From Minisyncoccia bacterium (GTDB taxonomy: Bacteria; Patescibacteriota; Minisyncoccia; Phycocordibacterales; UBA9973), in contig CBFHKH010000001.1 of NCBI GenBank assembly GCA_965656375.1, positions 514,845-578,844 on the forward strand: a stretch of 64,000 nucleotides of DNA. The letters are read 5' to 3'. Both the position numbers and the translations under genes were made by a program. Of the stretch, positions 40,501 to 49,608 are shown piece after piece (within the stretch, counting starts at the first letter, position 1; each line of letters opens with the position of its first letter). The notes beneath the pieces were generated by a model that was not told where the DNA came from, ran no database searches, and saw only the letters and a program-made list of their open reading frames with translations.

Positions 40501-42716
40501 TCGAATGGATGCATCTGAGTATCTCTCGTTAGTGAGAGGAACATCTTGAGTCCACCATTTTTGACTTTTTCTTGAGCATCCACTGAAAGACTATCATGGA
40601 ATGAACCACCTTTTGTCATATGAGAAACATTGAACACAATCTTGCCATCAGCATTGACCCCTGTATTATTCTCTCCGCCCCACCAGAGTTTCAATTCATT
40701 CTTATCAAAAACTGGCTTTGGGGTATCGTTGTCATACCATCCGTCACGAGCTATGTGTGTAGTCTGGTCTGGATGAGAATCTATATATTCATTCGGATTC
40801 ATTGTCGTATCTCCTGCTCCTTCAATCAAAGATGTTTCATTATTAGCAATAATTCCATCTTCCCCAAGTCTATTGATGGACGCTTGATCCAAAGCACCGT
40901 TTGCATCTGTATGGAGTTCTATATGATCAGAGATGACATCATCACCACGCATAATGTTGAAAGTACCATCCCCATTATCTATCATCGTTGTTCCCTCTGG
41001 AAGCTTGAAGTGGCTTGGTATATCAAAACTCTTACTAGTAAGAATTTGGTCCTGCGCATTCTCCATAGAGATATGCTGGTTACCTGAAAGGAGATGATCT
41101 AATGGAGTCTGTACATGATTTGATGTACCTTCCCCTGTTATGCGATGATATATTCCTTCGAAAACTCCTTCTTTATGTCCACCCCACAGTCCATCAGCAA
41201 GAGCAATACTTTCTTGCACTGCAGCTCCTATAGTTACACCCATGAGTACAGTTTTACCCATCTTGAGCGCAGCACGGCGCAATTTTAAATTGCTGAACGC
41301 TTTATCTTGTTTTGTGATGCCCTTTTCACCGCCAAGGAATGCTTTTTCTGTAGTATCAACTTGTTTTGCTAAATAAGACTCAAAGGTTTCTCCATCTGGT
41401 AAACCATCTTTCAATGTAGCATTTACTTGTTTCGCTAACTCAACTTTTGCACGAGCAAGCAAGATAACCATTTCAGTGTGTTCTTTTTCAACATTTGCAG
41501 GGTTTGAATATCGAATGAGATCGATTTTCTTTTGGCTTGCAAGTGACTCACGAGCTTCGATATTGCCAATGTGACCTAAAACTGACTCTAATTCACTTTG
41601 AGAGATTTGCTTTGCTACATCATTACCATCTTCATCTTTTGTAAAAAGTGATTCTCGGAGTGCCTTCATTAATACTTCTGCACTTTCTGTCTGATATGCA
41701 TATTTCTCCATCGATTCACGACGTGGGCTGTCTGCTTCTATCACACCGCCTTTTGCCATTTCACGGCCGTGCTGTCTTCGCTCTTCAGCAAGGCGCTGCG
41801 ATTCATTTGCAGCGGCAAGTACACCAGATGCAACTGCCGTACCTCCAAATGTCACCATGTGTGAGACTTTGCTTTTCATGAACATCTTTCCTGTCCCTGC
41901 TGCTACAGTATAGGCAAGAGCAACCGCTGTCGATAATGTCGCAGGATTGATGAATCTTCCAATCTTAGTTTTTTTGATTCCGGTGACAGTCTTGTCGATC
42001 CAGTTACTTTTCGCTTCTGTCTTAATACTACTTTTTGCCTTGCCGACAATTACATTGAAATCAAGATCAAGCTCTTCGAGCTTTGCCCCGTGTTCTACAG
42101 CAAGTTTGGCATTTTTAGCCATTTCAAAAAGATTACTTGCGTATATATTTGAACCCGTAACAAAAGAGTCTCCTATTGTATTAAAAATTTTAACCTTTTC
42201 TGAATTGAATGAATCTTCATTGATATCACCTTTTGCGTAATCAGAAATAAGTTTCTTTATATCTGCTTTTGTCTGGGCTGTCTTTGGATCAGTTTCTTCG
42301 AGTGTTTTTTTCTCTTCTCCAACTTTCTTGTTAACTGCTTCTTCATATTCTGACGCAAAGCGCTCTGTGATAGCTTCCATCGCTCTATCATGGGATTGTT
42401 TATCTTTCTCTACTGCAGAGTAAATATTATCTGACTTGAAGATTTCATCTCGAGCTTTGTCTAATGCTTTCTGTCTATAATACCCATCCATGTAGGTATG
42501 CTTCCAAAGTTTTTTCCAGAAACCAGCTTTGCCTTTTGCTTCAGTCATTGCTGCATCAGCAGCATCGCGAGCTTCCATTTCGGCCAAATGAGTCGCATCA
42601 ACAATTACGAGCTTTTGTTTTAAAGCTTCTAATGCTTTATTTTTTATTTCCTCACTTGTTTGCGGATTTTCAATTGTATCCGGCTTACTATATAGAGTAG
42701 GTGATTCAATTGGCAT
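37503..42716 (-). CDS. 1737-aa multidomain protein: helical/hydrophobic N-terminus, GT-A glycosyltransferase-like domain, Ser/Thr kinase-like domain
   Basis: GT: ISICIPV, FEIVLYVN, NDAD, GANSAYR..IGGY, GED. Kinase: LVIKE, NVDISPSNI, KITDLD, MAPE, DVYA, DRYQS. Confidence 0.8.
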   Translation of the reverse strand: MPIESPTLYSKPDTIENPQTSEEIKNKALEALKQKLVIVDATHLAEMEARDAADAAMTEAKGKAGFWKKLWKHTYMDGYYRQKALDKARDEIFKSDNIYSAVEKDKQSHDRAMEAITERFASEYEEAVNKKVGEEKKTLEETDPKTAQTKADIKKLISDYAKGDINEDSFNSEKVKIFNTIGDSFVTGSNIYASNLFEMAKNAKLAVEHGAKLEELDLDFNVIVGKAKSSIKTEAKSNWIDKTVTGIKKTKIGRFINPATLSTAVALAYTVAAGTGKMFMKSKVSHMVTFGGTAVASGVLAAANESQRLAEERRQHGREMAKGGVIEADSPRRESMEKYAYQTESAEVLMKALRESLFTKDEDGNDVAKQISQSELESVLGHIGNIEARESLASQKKIDLIRYSNPANVEKEHTEMVILLARAKVELAKQVNATLKDGLPDGETFESYLAKQVDTTEKAFLGGEKGITKQDKAFSNLKLRRAALKMGKTVLMGVTIGAAVQESIALADGLWGGHKEGVFEGIYHRITGEGTSNHVQTPLDHLLSGNQHISMENAQDQILTSKSFDIPSHFKLPEGTTMIDNGDGTFNIMRGDDVISDHIELHTDANGALDQASINRLGEDGIIANNETSLIEGAGDTTMNPNEYIDSHPDQTTHIARDGWYDNDTPKPVFDKNELKLWWGGENNTGVNADGKIVFNVSHMTKGGSFHDSLSVDAQEKVKNGGLKMFLSLTRDTQMHPFEVDIDANGNAIIDPNSEVGKLFFSVDDKGHAVFQGRFAEVSETFGTDADGRLHVRELATYEGPDHGPITVPGPKEIPINTLEIPIDTEPPYFIPLVPRTPLEPLGYKKPKAAEIVPVNNKIEYYLNYAGGATPAEKLALFEKLRSKTLKENPNAKLDHFEEIALYLEKQDKEYRERIEKLAQSTEKMGKDCKISICIPVAGHQEGNNIYESLKNYTYQTAKPEDFEIVLYVNHPENDKDGNPLNADETMAAIEKFKTDYPDMNVRVMYEALPNDEAKIGRIRKILSDATLVRQHERGKDAPDLIMVSNDADNKGIDPRYIQTFIDKFEENPEVDALLGQLDWDPESYQKYPGVHIGTRLFQYLSVIGRHRTNSMVSSGANSAYRSSMFAGIGGYIDNLQGGEDISIGQAIISARGDNKKALGFAGTTTRLFTSSRRAIDAFKSGLAPVEQWDKGFSAFDDEIRKLTMEDGDAIDYDDLETQEKLKKTFEYIINRTLDSWEAGEKIGKDSPYYRKAIGWLGIKYKLDSKGDMVITKMRPLLDGLKRYQVEGKLMRDARSGKPEAIEELRKIRQQPASNLPQQLNNFSDEVIVGYDTKPRVKNVNEVINSENKESVGAYIISKDFVLSNTETGKVSLGYKPGQDKLLVIKEIDTDYFNGLKESHYWGDNTPESFLKKKGYKNRNVLLPMDTFEVNGKTYRVYEAGDMDLQTYLNNRRLSLDDSIATTMKTSQAVDSLNDAGVINVDISPSNIILSRNNLKITDLDGAAIVQGSQKTSMRDYARGNRFTMAPELFEAKKSFDKTVDVYAASANLYRFITNKWPHDIEKETKDMKASERMEEYKKIHLSGKMRFPGTVPSPIKEVIKKGMSPEPKDRYQSMKEFMSALLHAHDEVKKKQTKVTLEELRENTALTKELVDRVMSDPRLMKSYRKGVERYFNFKGYFTLKTGDPEKAYIDEKYREYTEIPENKDKDIKAFLLDSIVVMEAEFAKQIRGIKEKDNK

Positions 42717-42723
42717 ATATGTA

Positions 42724-43029
42724 TTAACCTAAATATGTTTGTCTAAAAAGTATAAGTTCACTTGCAATTAGTTCGGCAAGATCTGGAATATGTGCTGCAC
42801 AAAATGCCTGTACCTCTTCATCTGTTCCCTTCTCTGATATTTCAACAAAAGCATCCATTTGATCCTCTGGGATATTTTTGACAATTACTGCGTTTATTCT
42901 ATCTTCGATACGACTCTGAAGATCAAGTTTGATCTGAAGTATAACTTCTGGCGCAAGACCCTCAAACTCTCTTTTTTCACTGACGATCTTGTCGATGAAC
43001 GTACTAAGATCTAAGTTTTTGTCATTCAT
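42724..43029 (-). CDS. Small acidic helical protein (resembles CPR DUF5663)
   Basis: IEDRINAVIVKNIPEDQMDAF...HIPDLAELIASEL; 7 nt upstream of the giant gene. Confidence 0.7.
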   Translation of the reverse strand: MNDKNLDLSTFIDKIVSEKREFEGLAPEVILQIKLDLQSRIEDRINAVIVKNIPEDQMDAFVEISEKGTDEEVQAFCAAHIPDLAELIASELILFRQTYLG

Positions 43030-43130
43030 TTTTTGTATTTTTAGTTAGTAAAAGTAACATCTTTATTATATCTTCTCGGTATTATAAGGTCAATAAAACA
43101 AGCTTCTTAAACCAAAATTAACTATTTATA

Positions 43131-43197
43131 ATTATACAACCATCGAAGTATAATTGTCAAGTAATATATTGACAATTATGAGTAAATGTGCTACCAT
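43131..43197. promoter_or_regulatory. Back-to-back divergent sigma70 promoters
   Basis: Minus strand TTGACA-18-TATAAT; plus strand TTGACA-17-TACCAT. The -35 boxes form an 11-bp inverted repeat, 43150-43179. Confidence 0.65.
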
Positions 43198-43352
43198 ATC
43201 CCTAATGCCCTTCATGGGTCTAAATATCGAGCTCTTTGACAATGACAGGGTTAATTATGGATTGAGAAATTGAATCTTTCTTTGAGTAAACGTAACGTTT
43301 CCTTGAAAAAAGATAGATTTCTTAATTTATTTTAAACCAAAAAAACAGAAAA

Positions 43353-44471
43353 ATGAAAAAAACAAAGAAAGCCGCAACGGCTTCACAACAGACACCCCCT
43401 TTAAACAGGGCGCAAACTCTGGAAGTATTTAATTCCAGGAAGAAAGCCATTAACGACAGGATGGCAATACATGTTGAAGACATCACCAAGCTTAAAAAAC
43501 CTTTACCGGAAATGAGCTTGGAGTTGTACGGACACAAAGAATACGACCTTAAAAAGGGGTACAAATTTCTTTTAACGATTATTGTTTTACTGGTAGTTTC
43601 AGCCTTAGAAATTCCTTTGAATGCAACCGGACTTGAAATGCTGGGCCGCCCTCAAATGACGACCACATTCATGGCAATAGGCCTTGCATGTGCGCTAGGC
43701 TTACTTGCTGAAGGCGCTGGTTTTTCATTCAGAAGAGGAGTTGTTAAAAAAAGCTTTATTGGAATTTTTGGTGCACTATTTTGTGCCGGCGTAGCCTTAA
43801 CCATCATCTATTGGTTATCAGAATTTCGAGTGGCATATTTCCATCGTATGAAGTTTAACAAAGAGGACATCAGCATAACCGGGCAGGTGATATTTTCAAT
43901 TGCCGTTTGGTGTGCAGGTGTAATTGGAGTTTACTTTTTAACCAGTGGTGTAAAAAACTTACATCTGGAAAAAGTATTTAACAGCAAGCGTAAATCCATC
44001 AGAATTTTACAGAAAAAACATGCAGCTTTGGAAGCCGAAAAAGATAAACTTAAAGCTGAAAATGCTGTAAATATGGTTGCTGCAGAAGCATACGAAACAA
44101 ACATTAAGCATGAAAAAACAAAAGCTGAAAATTTGAAAAATGAGCTAGCAATAGCAACATTAAAAGACAAGGAAAATGCAGCAATGCAGCAGACAGCGCA
44201 GGAGAAAAACAAAATCACTCAGCAGAAAAATGCCTTTTATGAAAAACACACAGAATTATTAGGTATTAAGACCCGCGTTATGGAAATTGCGGGTAAGATT
44301 GAAGACAAAAGTGAGTTAAACCTCAATGAAGACTATGTATCATCAATGGACCAGGCTACTACCTTGATCGAAGAGATGAAGGAACTGGCATCCGTGGATA
44401 TACCTGGTACAAAAGAAAGCTTCGAACAAGCTGAACAAATTTTTAACTCATTAAAAAACCTCGCATCATGA
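43353..44471 (+). CDS. Four-TM membrane protein with a long C-terminal coiled coil
   Basis: Four hydrophobic segments, then a K/E/A heptad-rich region; ATGA overlap with the next gene. Confidence 0.75.
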   Translation: MKKTKKAATASQQTPPLNRAQTLEVFNSRKKAINDRMAIHVEDITKLKKPLPEMSLELYGHKEYDLKKGYKFLLTIIVLLVVSALEIPLNATGLEMLGRPQMTTTFMAIGLACALGLLAEGAGFSFRRGVVKKSFIGIFGALFCAGVALTIIYWLSEFRVAYFHRMKFNKEDISITGQVIFSIAVWCAGVIGVYFLTSGVKNLHLEKVFNSKRKSIRILQKKHAALEAEKDKLKAENAVNMVAAEAYETNIKHEKTKAENLKNELAIATLKDKENAAMQQTAQEKNKITQQKNAFYEKHTELLGIKTRVMEIAGKIEDKSELNLNEDYVSSMDQATTLIEEMKELASVDIPGTKESFEQAEQIFNSLKNLAS

Positions 44472-45163
44472 AAAGTGTAATTATCATGGCACTGGTGGCT
44501 GCAACAGCTACCCTGCTATCCTGCGGATCAGAAACACCAAAAACAAAAAATGATATCTACATTCTTGTAGATAATACCGACAAGACAAAATACTCCGGTG
44601 ATATTGTTTCATCAGATGCTATATTGGACCTTGTTGGCAAGAAGGGTACTGTGAAATTCAAAGCCCTTACTGGTGTTTCCCTGAATGAAGAATCGGAAAT
44701 TTCCTTACTGGTAGATGGATCCACTAGCGTTCTGCGCCAGGATCAGATCGACCCGTTCGTTGAAAAGTTGGACTCCCTTAAGAAAAAATACCTCGGTGTT
44801 ACAACTGAGTATAAAAAATCAAGCTTATGGGAACCGGTATGCCAAGCTCTGAATGAGCTTAGTGCATCCGCAGTTACTGAGCCCGGCGAAAAAACGATGA
44901 TCATATTATCGGATATGCTGGAAAACTCAGACTACTGCAACTTTTATAAGGATATGTCGATAGAAACAGTGAAGGAACAGTTGGCAAAATCAGGCTCAGC
45001 ACTTCCCAAAAATCCAAAGGTTAAGGTAATCATCATCTTTAATCCCAACCAGAACATTGAAAAAGAACGGCTGCACAAGAAAGCCATGAATTACTGGGAA
45101 AAGCTTTTTAAAGAAGCAGGGATCAAATTTGTTGTAAAAGCCAATCTTGGCGAAAAAGTGTAG
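44468..45163 (+). CDS. vWA-like putative lipoprotein
   Basis: Lipobox LLSC, IYILVDNTD (MIDAS-like), IILSDMLENS. Confidence 0.65.
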   Translation: MKSVIIMALVAATATLLSCGSETPKTKNDIYILVDNTDKTKYSGDIVSSDAILDLVGKKGTVKFKALTGVSLNEESEISLLVDGSTSVLRQDQIDPFVEKLDSLKKKYLGVTTEYKKSSLWEPVCQALNELSASAVTEPGEKTMIILSDMLENSDYCNFYKDMSIETVKEQLAKSGSALPKNPKVKVIIIFNPNQNIEKERLHKKAMNYWEKLFKEAGIKFVVKANLGEKV

Positions 45164-45165
45164 TC

Positions 45166-45660
45166 ATGGGAAACAAGGAAGCAAAAGAGCAGTTAAAAGG
45201 TTTTCTTTTAAAACTCAAGGTATTTAAAATGTACCTCGAACAAACCAAGAGTAAATTCACTGAAATAGCGTATTATGAAAAATTTATTTTTGGCTTTCAT
45301 CCTCCGAGCCCCATTCCTATTAATATATCAGAAGAGTTTTGGAATAGTTTGAGTTCTACTCAGAAGTTGTTACTTGAATTCAGGAAATCATTCAATGAAA
45401 ATGATCTTCCCGAAGACATACGGCAAGCTTTTGTGAATATGACGATTACTATAGTTCAAAATAAATTTGATGTTGATAAAGGAGTGATCAAGATTGGTGG
45501 ATTGGGGAAACCATGGTGGAAAGAAGTTGGGTATGTGAAAAAGAATTGGGGACCGATGGAATATGATGTAAAAGTTATATATTCACAAGAAGCATATTCG
45601 AATATTAGCTACTACTTTGTATTGATCGGCCAGATAGAGCAACTGGAAGCCATGTGTTAA
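45166..45660 (+). CDS. Hypothetical protein
   Basis: Starts 2 nt after the previous stop; followed by a terminator (agatctgga/tccagatct-T6). Confidence 0.65.
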   Translation: MGNKEAKEQLKGFLLKLKVFKMYLEQTKSKFTEIAYYEKFIFGFHPPSPIPINISEEFWNSLSSTQKLLLEFRKSFNENDLPEDIRQAFVNMTITIVQNKFDVDKGVIKIGGLGKPWWKEVGYVKKNWGPMEYDVKVIYSQEAYSNISYYFVLIGQIEQLEAMC

Positions 45661-45750
45661 AAACATTTTCTGCTTTAACTGTCATTACGTAATTATTAAG
45701 ATCTGGAATTAAAACCTCCAGATCTTTTTTTATGTCTAGATTTGTGATAA

Positions 45751-45915
45751 CGCCTTGGCACGTCTGCCTCCAGCTTGGACATGATGTCGTCACGAATAAT
45801 TCCTCGCTGTCGCTGCGGAATTTTCTCGATCCTGTTTGGACTCGTCGTCACAAGTATTTTTCTGGTGAAAAATCTCGCGACCCCGCCTCGGCACGTCTGC
45901 CTCCGGCTTGGACAT
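45751..45915. repeat. Structured repeat cluster downstream of tRNA-Ile
   Basis: 32-nt direct repeat at 45751-45782 and 45884-45915 (2 mismatches); 45847-45905 matches 49673-49731. Confidence 0.75.
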
Positions 45916-45956
45916 TTAAAAAAACGTAATGGGTAATTACGTTTTTTTAAATGTCC
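45910..45956. terminator. 21-bp perfect hairpin abutting the tRNA-Ile 3' end
   Basis: ggacatttaaaaaaacgtaat-gggta-attacgtttttttaaatgtcc. Confidence 0.55.
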
Positions 45957-46027
45957 ACCCGCTTGGATTCGAACCAAGGACCCCAGAGGTATAAGCTCTG
46001 TGCTCTAACCAACTGAGCTACGGGTGG
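45954..46027 (-). tRNA. tRNA-Ile with anticodon UAU
   Basis: CCACCCG/CGGGTGG, GCTC-AGTTGGTTA-GAGC, CAGAG-CTTATAC-CTCTG, CTTGG-TTCGAAT-CCAAG, A73. Confidence 0.92.
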
Positions 46028-46078
46028 ATGCGTGTTACTACTATATAGTATAGTTTTTTCTTCTGCAATACGCGGACG

Positions 46079-47971
46079 TTACACGTTCACTATCGTATCT
46101 TTTGTTTTTGGAAGAATACCGTTTAGTGTTATGAGTTTGTTGTATTCGTCTTGTTCGAGAGTTTCAACTTCCACAAGTCGAAGTGCAATCGCATCAAGAA
46201 CTTTTTTATTATCTGTGAGGACTTTATTCGCAACTGCGAGAGCGTTATTCATGATCTTTGATACTTCAGCATCTATGAGGGCACTCACACGCTCAGAATA
46301 CTCTTGATCATTTACTCCACGACCAAACATTGTGCGGCCTCCATCTGATTCGAGTGCAATCGGACCAATTTCATCACTCATACCCCAGCGTGTAACCATC
46401 GCTCGAGCCATACTCGTAGCAACCTGAAGATCATTCGAAGGACCAGTTGTAATATCGCCAAAGATCATAGTCTCTGCCGCATACCCTCCCATCGCCATTG
46501 CAATGTCATCAAGGAATTCTTTCTTGCTTTGAAGCCTACGCTCTTCGAGTGGAAGTTTGAGTGTATATCCGCCTGCAGAACCACGAGAAACGATAGAAAC
46601 TTTGTGCACTGGATCAGCGTGCGGAAGTACCGATGCGACAAGCGCATGTCCTGCCTCATGATACGCAGTGATTTCCTTTTCTTTCTTTGAGAGTAAGTGG
46701 CTCTTTCGTTCCGGACCCATCATGACTTTTTCGATAGAACGAATGAGGTCAAATTGCGAGACTTTCTTGCGATCTTCACGCGCAGCAAGTATCGCACCTT
46801 CATTCATAAGGGAATAGAGATCAGCTCCAGAGAATCCGGGGGTACGTTCTGCGATGACTTTCAGGTTTACATCTTCTGCAAAAGGCTTCTTGTGAGAATG
46901 AATCTTGAGTATCTCTTCTCGATCAGCACGATCAGGAAGATCAAGCATTACACGGCGATCAAAACGTCCTGGTCGAAGAAGTGCCGGATCAAGGACATCA
47001 GAGCGGTTTGTTGCTGCCATAACGATCACTTTTTCATTTGGTTCAAATCCATCCATCTCCACGAGTATTTGGTTGAGTGTCTGTTCGCGTTCATCATTAC
47101 CTCCCCCAACTCCAGATCCACGCACACGTCCAACAGCATCGATCTCGTCTATGAAAATGATTGCAGGAGCTGCTTTCTTTGCCATTTTGAACAAGTCGCG
47201 CACGCGAGATGCTCCGACACCGACAAACATTTCTACGAATTCAGAACCAGAGAGATGGAAGAATGGTACACTCGCCTCTCCAGCGACAGCTCGAGCAAGG
47301 AGTGTCTTACCAGTACCAGGATTACCAGTGAGAATAACTCCCTTTGGAATCCGTGCTCCAATCTCAAGAAACTTTTTCGGATTTCTAAGAAAGTCGACGA
47401 TTTCTTTAAGTTCTTCTTTTGCTTCCTTTGCTCCAGCTACGTCTTTGAATGTTACTTTATTATTCTTGTCATTCGGGTCAGTGATGCGAGCTTTGGACTG
47501 TCCAAATGTAAACGCTTGCATCCCCTGGCCTTTGACTTGGCGTGTCAGCATCCAGACAAAGAATATAACAAGTAGTACTGGTAAAAGGAACGGGAGGATA
47601 TTGAGAAGCCAATATCCAAATCCGGATTCATCTTTTACTTCAATTGGAGTAGTAGCAAGCTGTGCTGGAGTTACACCGTAATTGAAAAGTGTTTCCGTAA
47701 GAGAGCTTTCGGTTTCCTTTTTTGCCGTACCCGTAGTATCGTCCTTGAAAGTAACTGTGATCTCTTCTCCCGCGACATCGATTTTGTTTATTGTGCCTTC
47801 TGTAACGCTCTTTGCTACATCCGAAATAGTGAGCTTTTTAACACTTGTAGCAGGCTGCGTAACCAATGAGTAAATAAGAGTAATGCCTATAAATACAAAT
47901 AGTGCAATGCCTATTTGGCTGCCGATTTTTGGGATTTTCTTTGGTTGTTGAGGTTTTTTTTGTTGAGCCAT
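46079..47971 (-). CDS. ftsH: ATP-dependent zinc metalloprotease FtsH
   Basis: Two TMs, [30 protein letters not shown]. Confidence 0.98.
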   Translation of the reverse strand: MAQQKKPQQPKKIPKIGSQIGIALFVFIGITLIYSLVTQPATSVKKLTISDVAKSVTEGTINKIDVAGEEITVTFKDDTTGTAKKETESSLTETLFNYGVTPAQLATTPIEVKDESGFGYWLLNILPFLLPVLLVIFFVWMLTRQVKGQGMQAFTFGQSKARITDPNDKNNKVTFKDVAGAKEAKEELKEIVDFLRNPKKFLEIGARIPKGVILTGNPGTGKTLLARAVAGEASVPFFHLSGSEFVEMFVGVGASRVRDLFKMAKKAAPAIIFIDEIDAVGRVRGSGVGGGNDEREQTLNQILVEMDGFEPNEKVIVMAATNRSDVLDPALLRPGRFDRRVMLDLPDRADREEILKIHSHKKPFAEDVNLKVIAERTPGFSGADLYSLMNEGAILAAREDRKKVSQFDLIRSIEKVMMGPERKSHLLSKKEKEITAYHEAGHALVASVLPHADPVHKVSIVSRGSAGGYTLKLPLEERRLQSKKEFLDDIAMAMGGYAAETMIFGDITTGPSNDLQVATSMARAMVTRWGMSDEIGPIALESDGGRTMFGRGVNDQEYSERVSALIDAEVSKIMNNALAVANKVLTDNKKVLDAIALRLVEVETLEQDEYNKLITLNGILPKTKDTIVNV

Positions 47972-48059
47972 AGTAGGAGTATTATACATGAATAAGGGGG
48001 TAAATAGAAATAAGCCCGACTTTTAAAAATCGGGCTTATTAAAAATATATTGAAAAAGT

Positions 48060-48776
48060 TTAAAATCCTCTACGCCGGTATGGCTTAAGTGCTTGCGATT
48101 CTGCTGGATATTTTTTCTTTAACCATTTCATGAGAAAGTGCGTTAAGATACTGTAAAGTATAAGTATTGTAATGGTATCTGAAATAAAACTTGGCAAATA
48201 TTCCCAAGATACCCAATTATAAAGATTATATCCAAAAAGGTTGTCAACGAATAAAGCAGCTAAAATAACTATGGAAAAAATTAAAAAGAATATAATTCTT
48301 GTAGGGACACATGGTGCATATTCGACATGACCATGTGTTTTGTATTCCAAGCGTACTGCCAGCCATCGTAAGAAGAATGCTACCAGCATCCACATGAACA
48401 AATAGATAACATATGTATTTGGAACTCTTTGCTCTACACCAACTGAATTTTCAGGGTATATATACGGAGTGTTGTTATCTGATGAAAATGCAAGGCTTTT
48501 CTTTGTAATCTCTGGTATTTTACGGATCCAAAATAATCCTAATGGAAACATATTCGGTTTAAAAACCCAAACAGTAGTAACTGATGAACCGGTTTGCAAT
48601 ATCTTTTTAGCCTCTTCTAAAGTAGAAGTGCCAATTCCAGTTAGAAGTGTATCTTTTATAAGTGTATATTTTACCATTACACTTCCTTCCTTTTTAAGGT
48701 ATGTAGAATCTTTTTGTTGTGCATTGCTTGAAAAGAAACCAAGTAATACGATAACCACTAATAGAGTCTTTTTCAT
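48060..48776 (-). CDS. Hypothetical membrane protein (signal peptide plus 3 TMs)
   Basis: MKKTLLVVIVLLGFFSSNAQ signal; own promoter (about 48891-48919) and terminator (48009-48040). Confidence 0.7.
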   Translation of the reverse strand: MKKTLLVVIVLLGFFSSNAQQKDSTYLKKEGSVMVKYTLIKDTLLTGIGTSTLEEAKKILQTGSSVTTVWVFKPNMFPLGLFWIRKIPEITKKSLAFSSDNNTPYIYPENSVGVEQRVPNTYVIYLFMWMLVAFFLRWLAVRLEYKTHGHVEYAPCVPTRIIFFLIFSIVILAALFVDNLFGYNLYNWVSWEYLPSFISDTITILILYSILTHFLMKWLKKKYPAESQALKPYRRRGF

Positions 48777-49002
48777 GTGTATAAAGTTTTAGTTTTTGAG
48801 TTTAGGTGATCTCTACTCCCCCGATGCGAGGAACACAGATCACCCAACAAGAAAAATTAAAACTATGTGTCAAAGAAGAATTATAGTGAAACACTATAAC
48901 ACCTAGGTATGTTTGTCAAGTTAAGGCACCTGGCCATTTGATTATTTTTAGAATACTTGTATGATGGGATCAAAACAACACTCACCAATAAAATTGAATA
49001 TT

Positions 49003-49608
49003 ATGGAAGAGAATAAAAACTCAACTAATATCGAGAAAGAGTTTAAAAATCTGATCTATGTAAATGAGTATGTAAAGACTCTCTCTTATCTAAAACTAAA
49101 ACCTCTCTTCGGGGTTATGCAATGTAATTCTTTTTTTGATAATGAACAATTAAGCTTACATAAAAAGAACGCGACGTTGCGCATTCGATTCAGTAATGGA
49201 GTTCGTGAACTGACTTTGAAGGAAGATGCTGATGATGGCAGACTGGAGACAAATTATAGTCCGTTATCCGACAAACAATTTGCAGATCTTATAATTGAAG
49301 GGATCATTCCAAAAAGTGATATTTTGACACGACTTCAACACTCAGGAGTAAAGGGTCCATATTGGTATCAAGGTGAGATGATCACCAATCGAATAGAGAT
49401 ATCATACAAAGGATGCAAACTTGCCATCGACCATGCTAAATATTTGGGCACGGAAGATTATGAGATTGAGGTTGAAAAGGATAACGAGAAAGTTAATCAT
49501 AAAAAAGTAGCAAAAAATCTACTTGAAAACCTTGGTATACCTGTACGAAAAGTAAAAGGTAAGAGGAAACGTTTCTTTGAGTTTAAATTACGAACCGAAC
49601 TAGTTTAA
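49003..49608 (+). CDS. CYTH domain protein (YjbK-like)
   Basis: IEKEFKNL (ExExK), LRIR, ELTLK, DYEIEVE, KRKRF. Confidence 0.87.
   Translation: MEENKNSTNIEKEFKNLIYVNEYVKTLSYLKLKPLFGVMQCNSFFDNEQLSLHKKNATLRIRFSNGVRELTLKEDADDGRLETNYSPLSDKQFADLIIEGIIPKSDILTRLQHSGVKGPYWYQGEMITNRIEISYKGCKLAIDHAKYLGTEDYEIEVEKDNEKVNHKKVAKNLLENLGIPVRKVKGKRKRFFEFKLRTELV

Noticed and set aside
45751-45915. Two 32-nt repeats as a CRISPR array
   Set aside because: Only two units, 101 nt apart, with no cas genes. The intervening DNA is itself part of a structured repeat family.
46697-47681. Long plus-strand ORFs (292 and 258 aa)
   Set aside because: Antisense shadows of conserved ftsH with no recognisable motifs.
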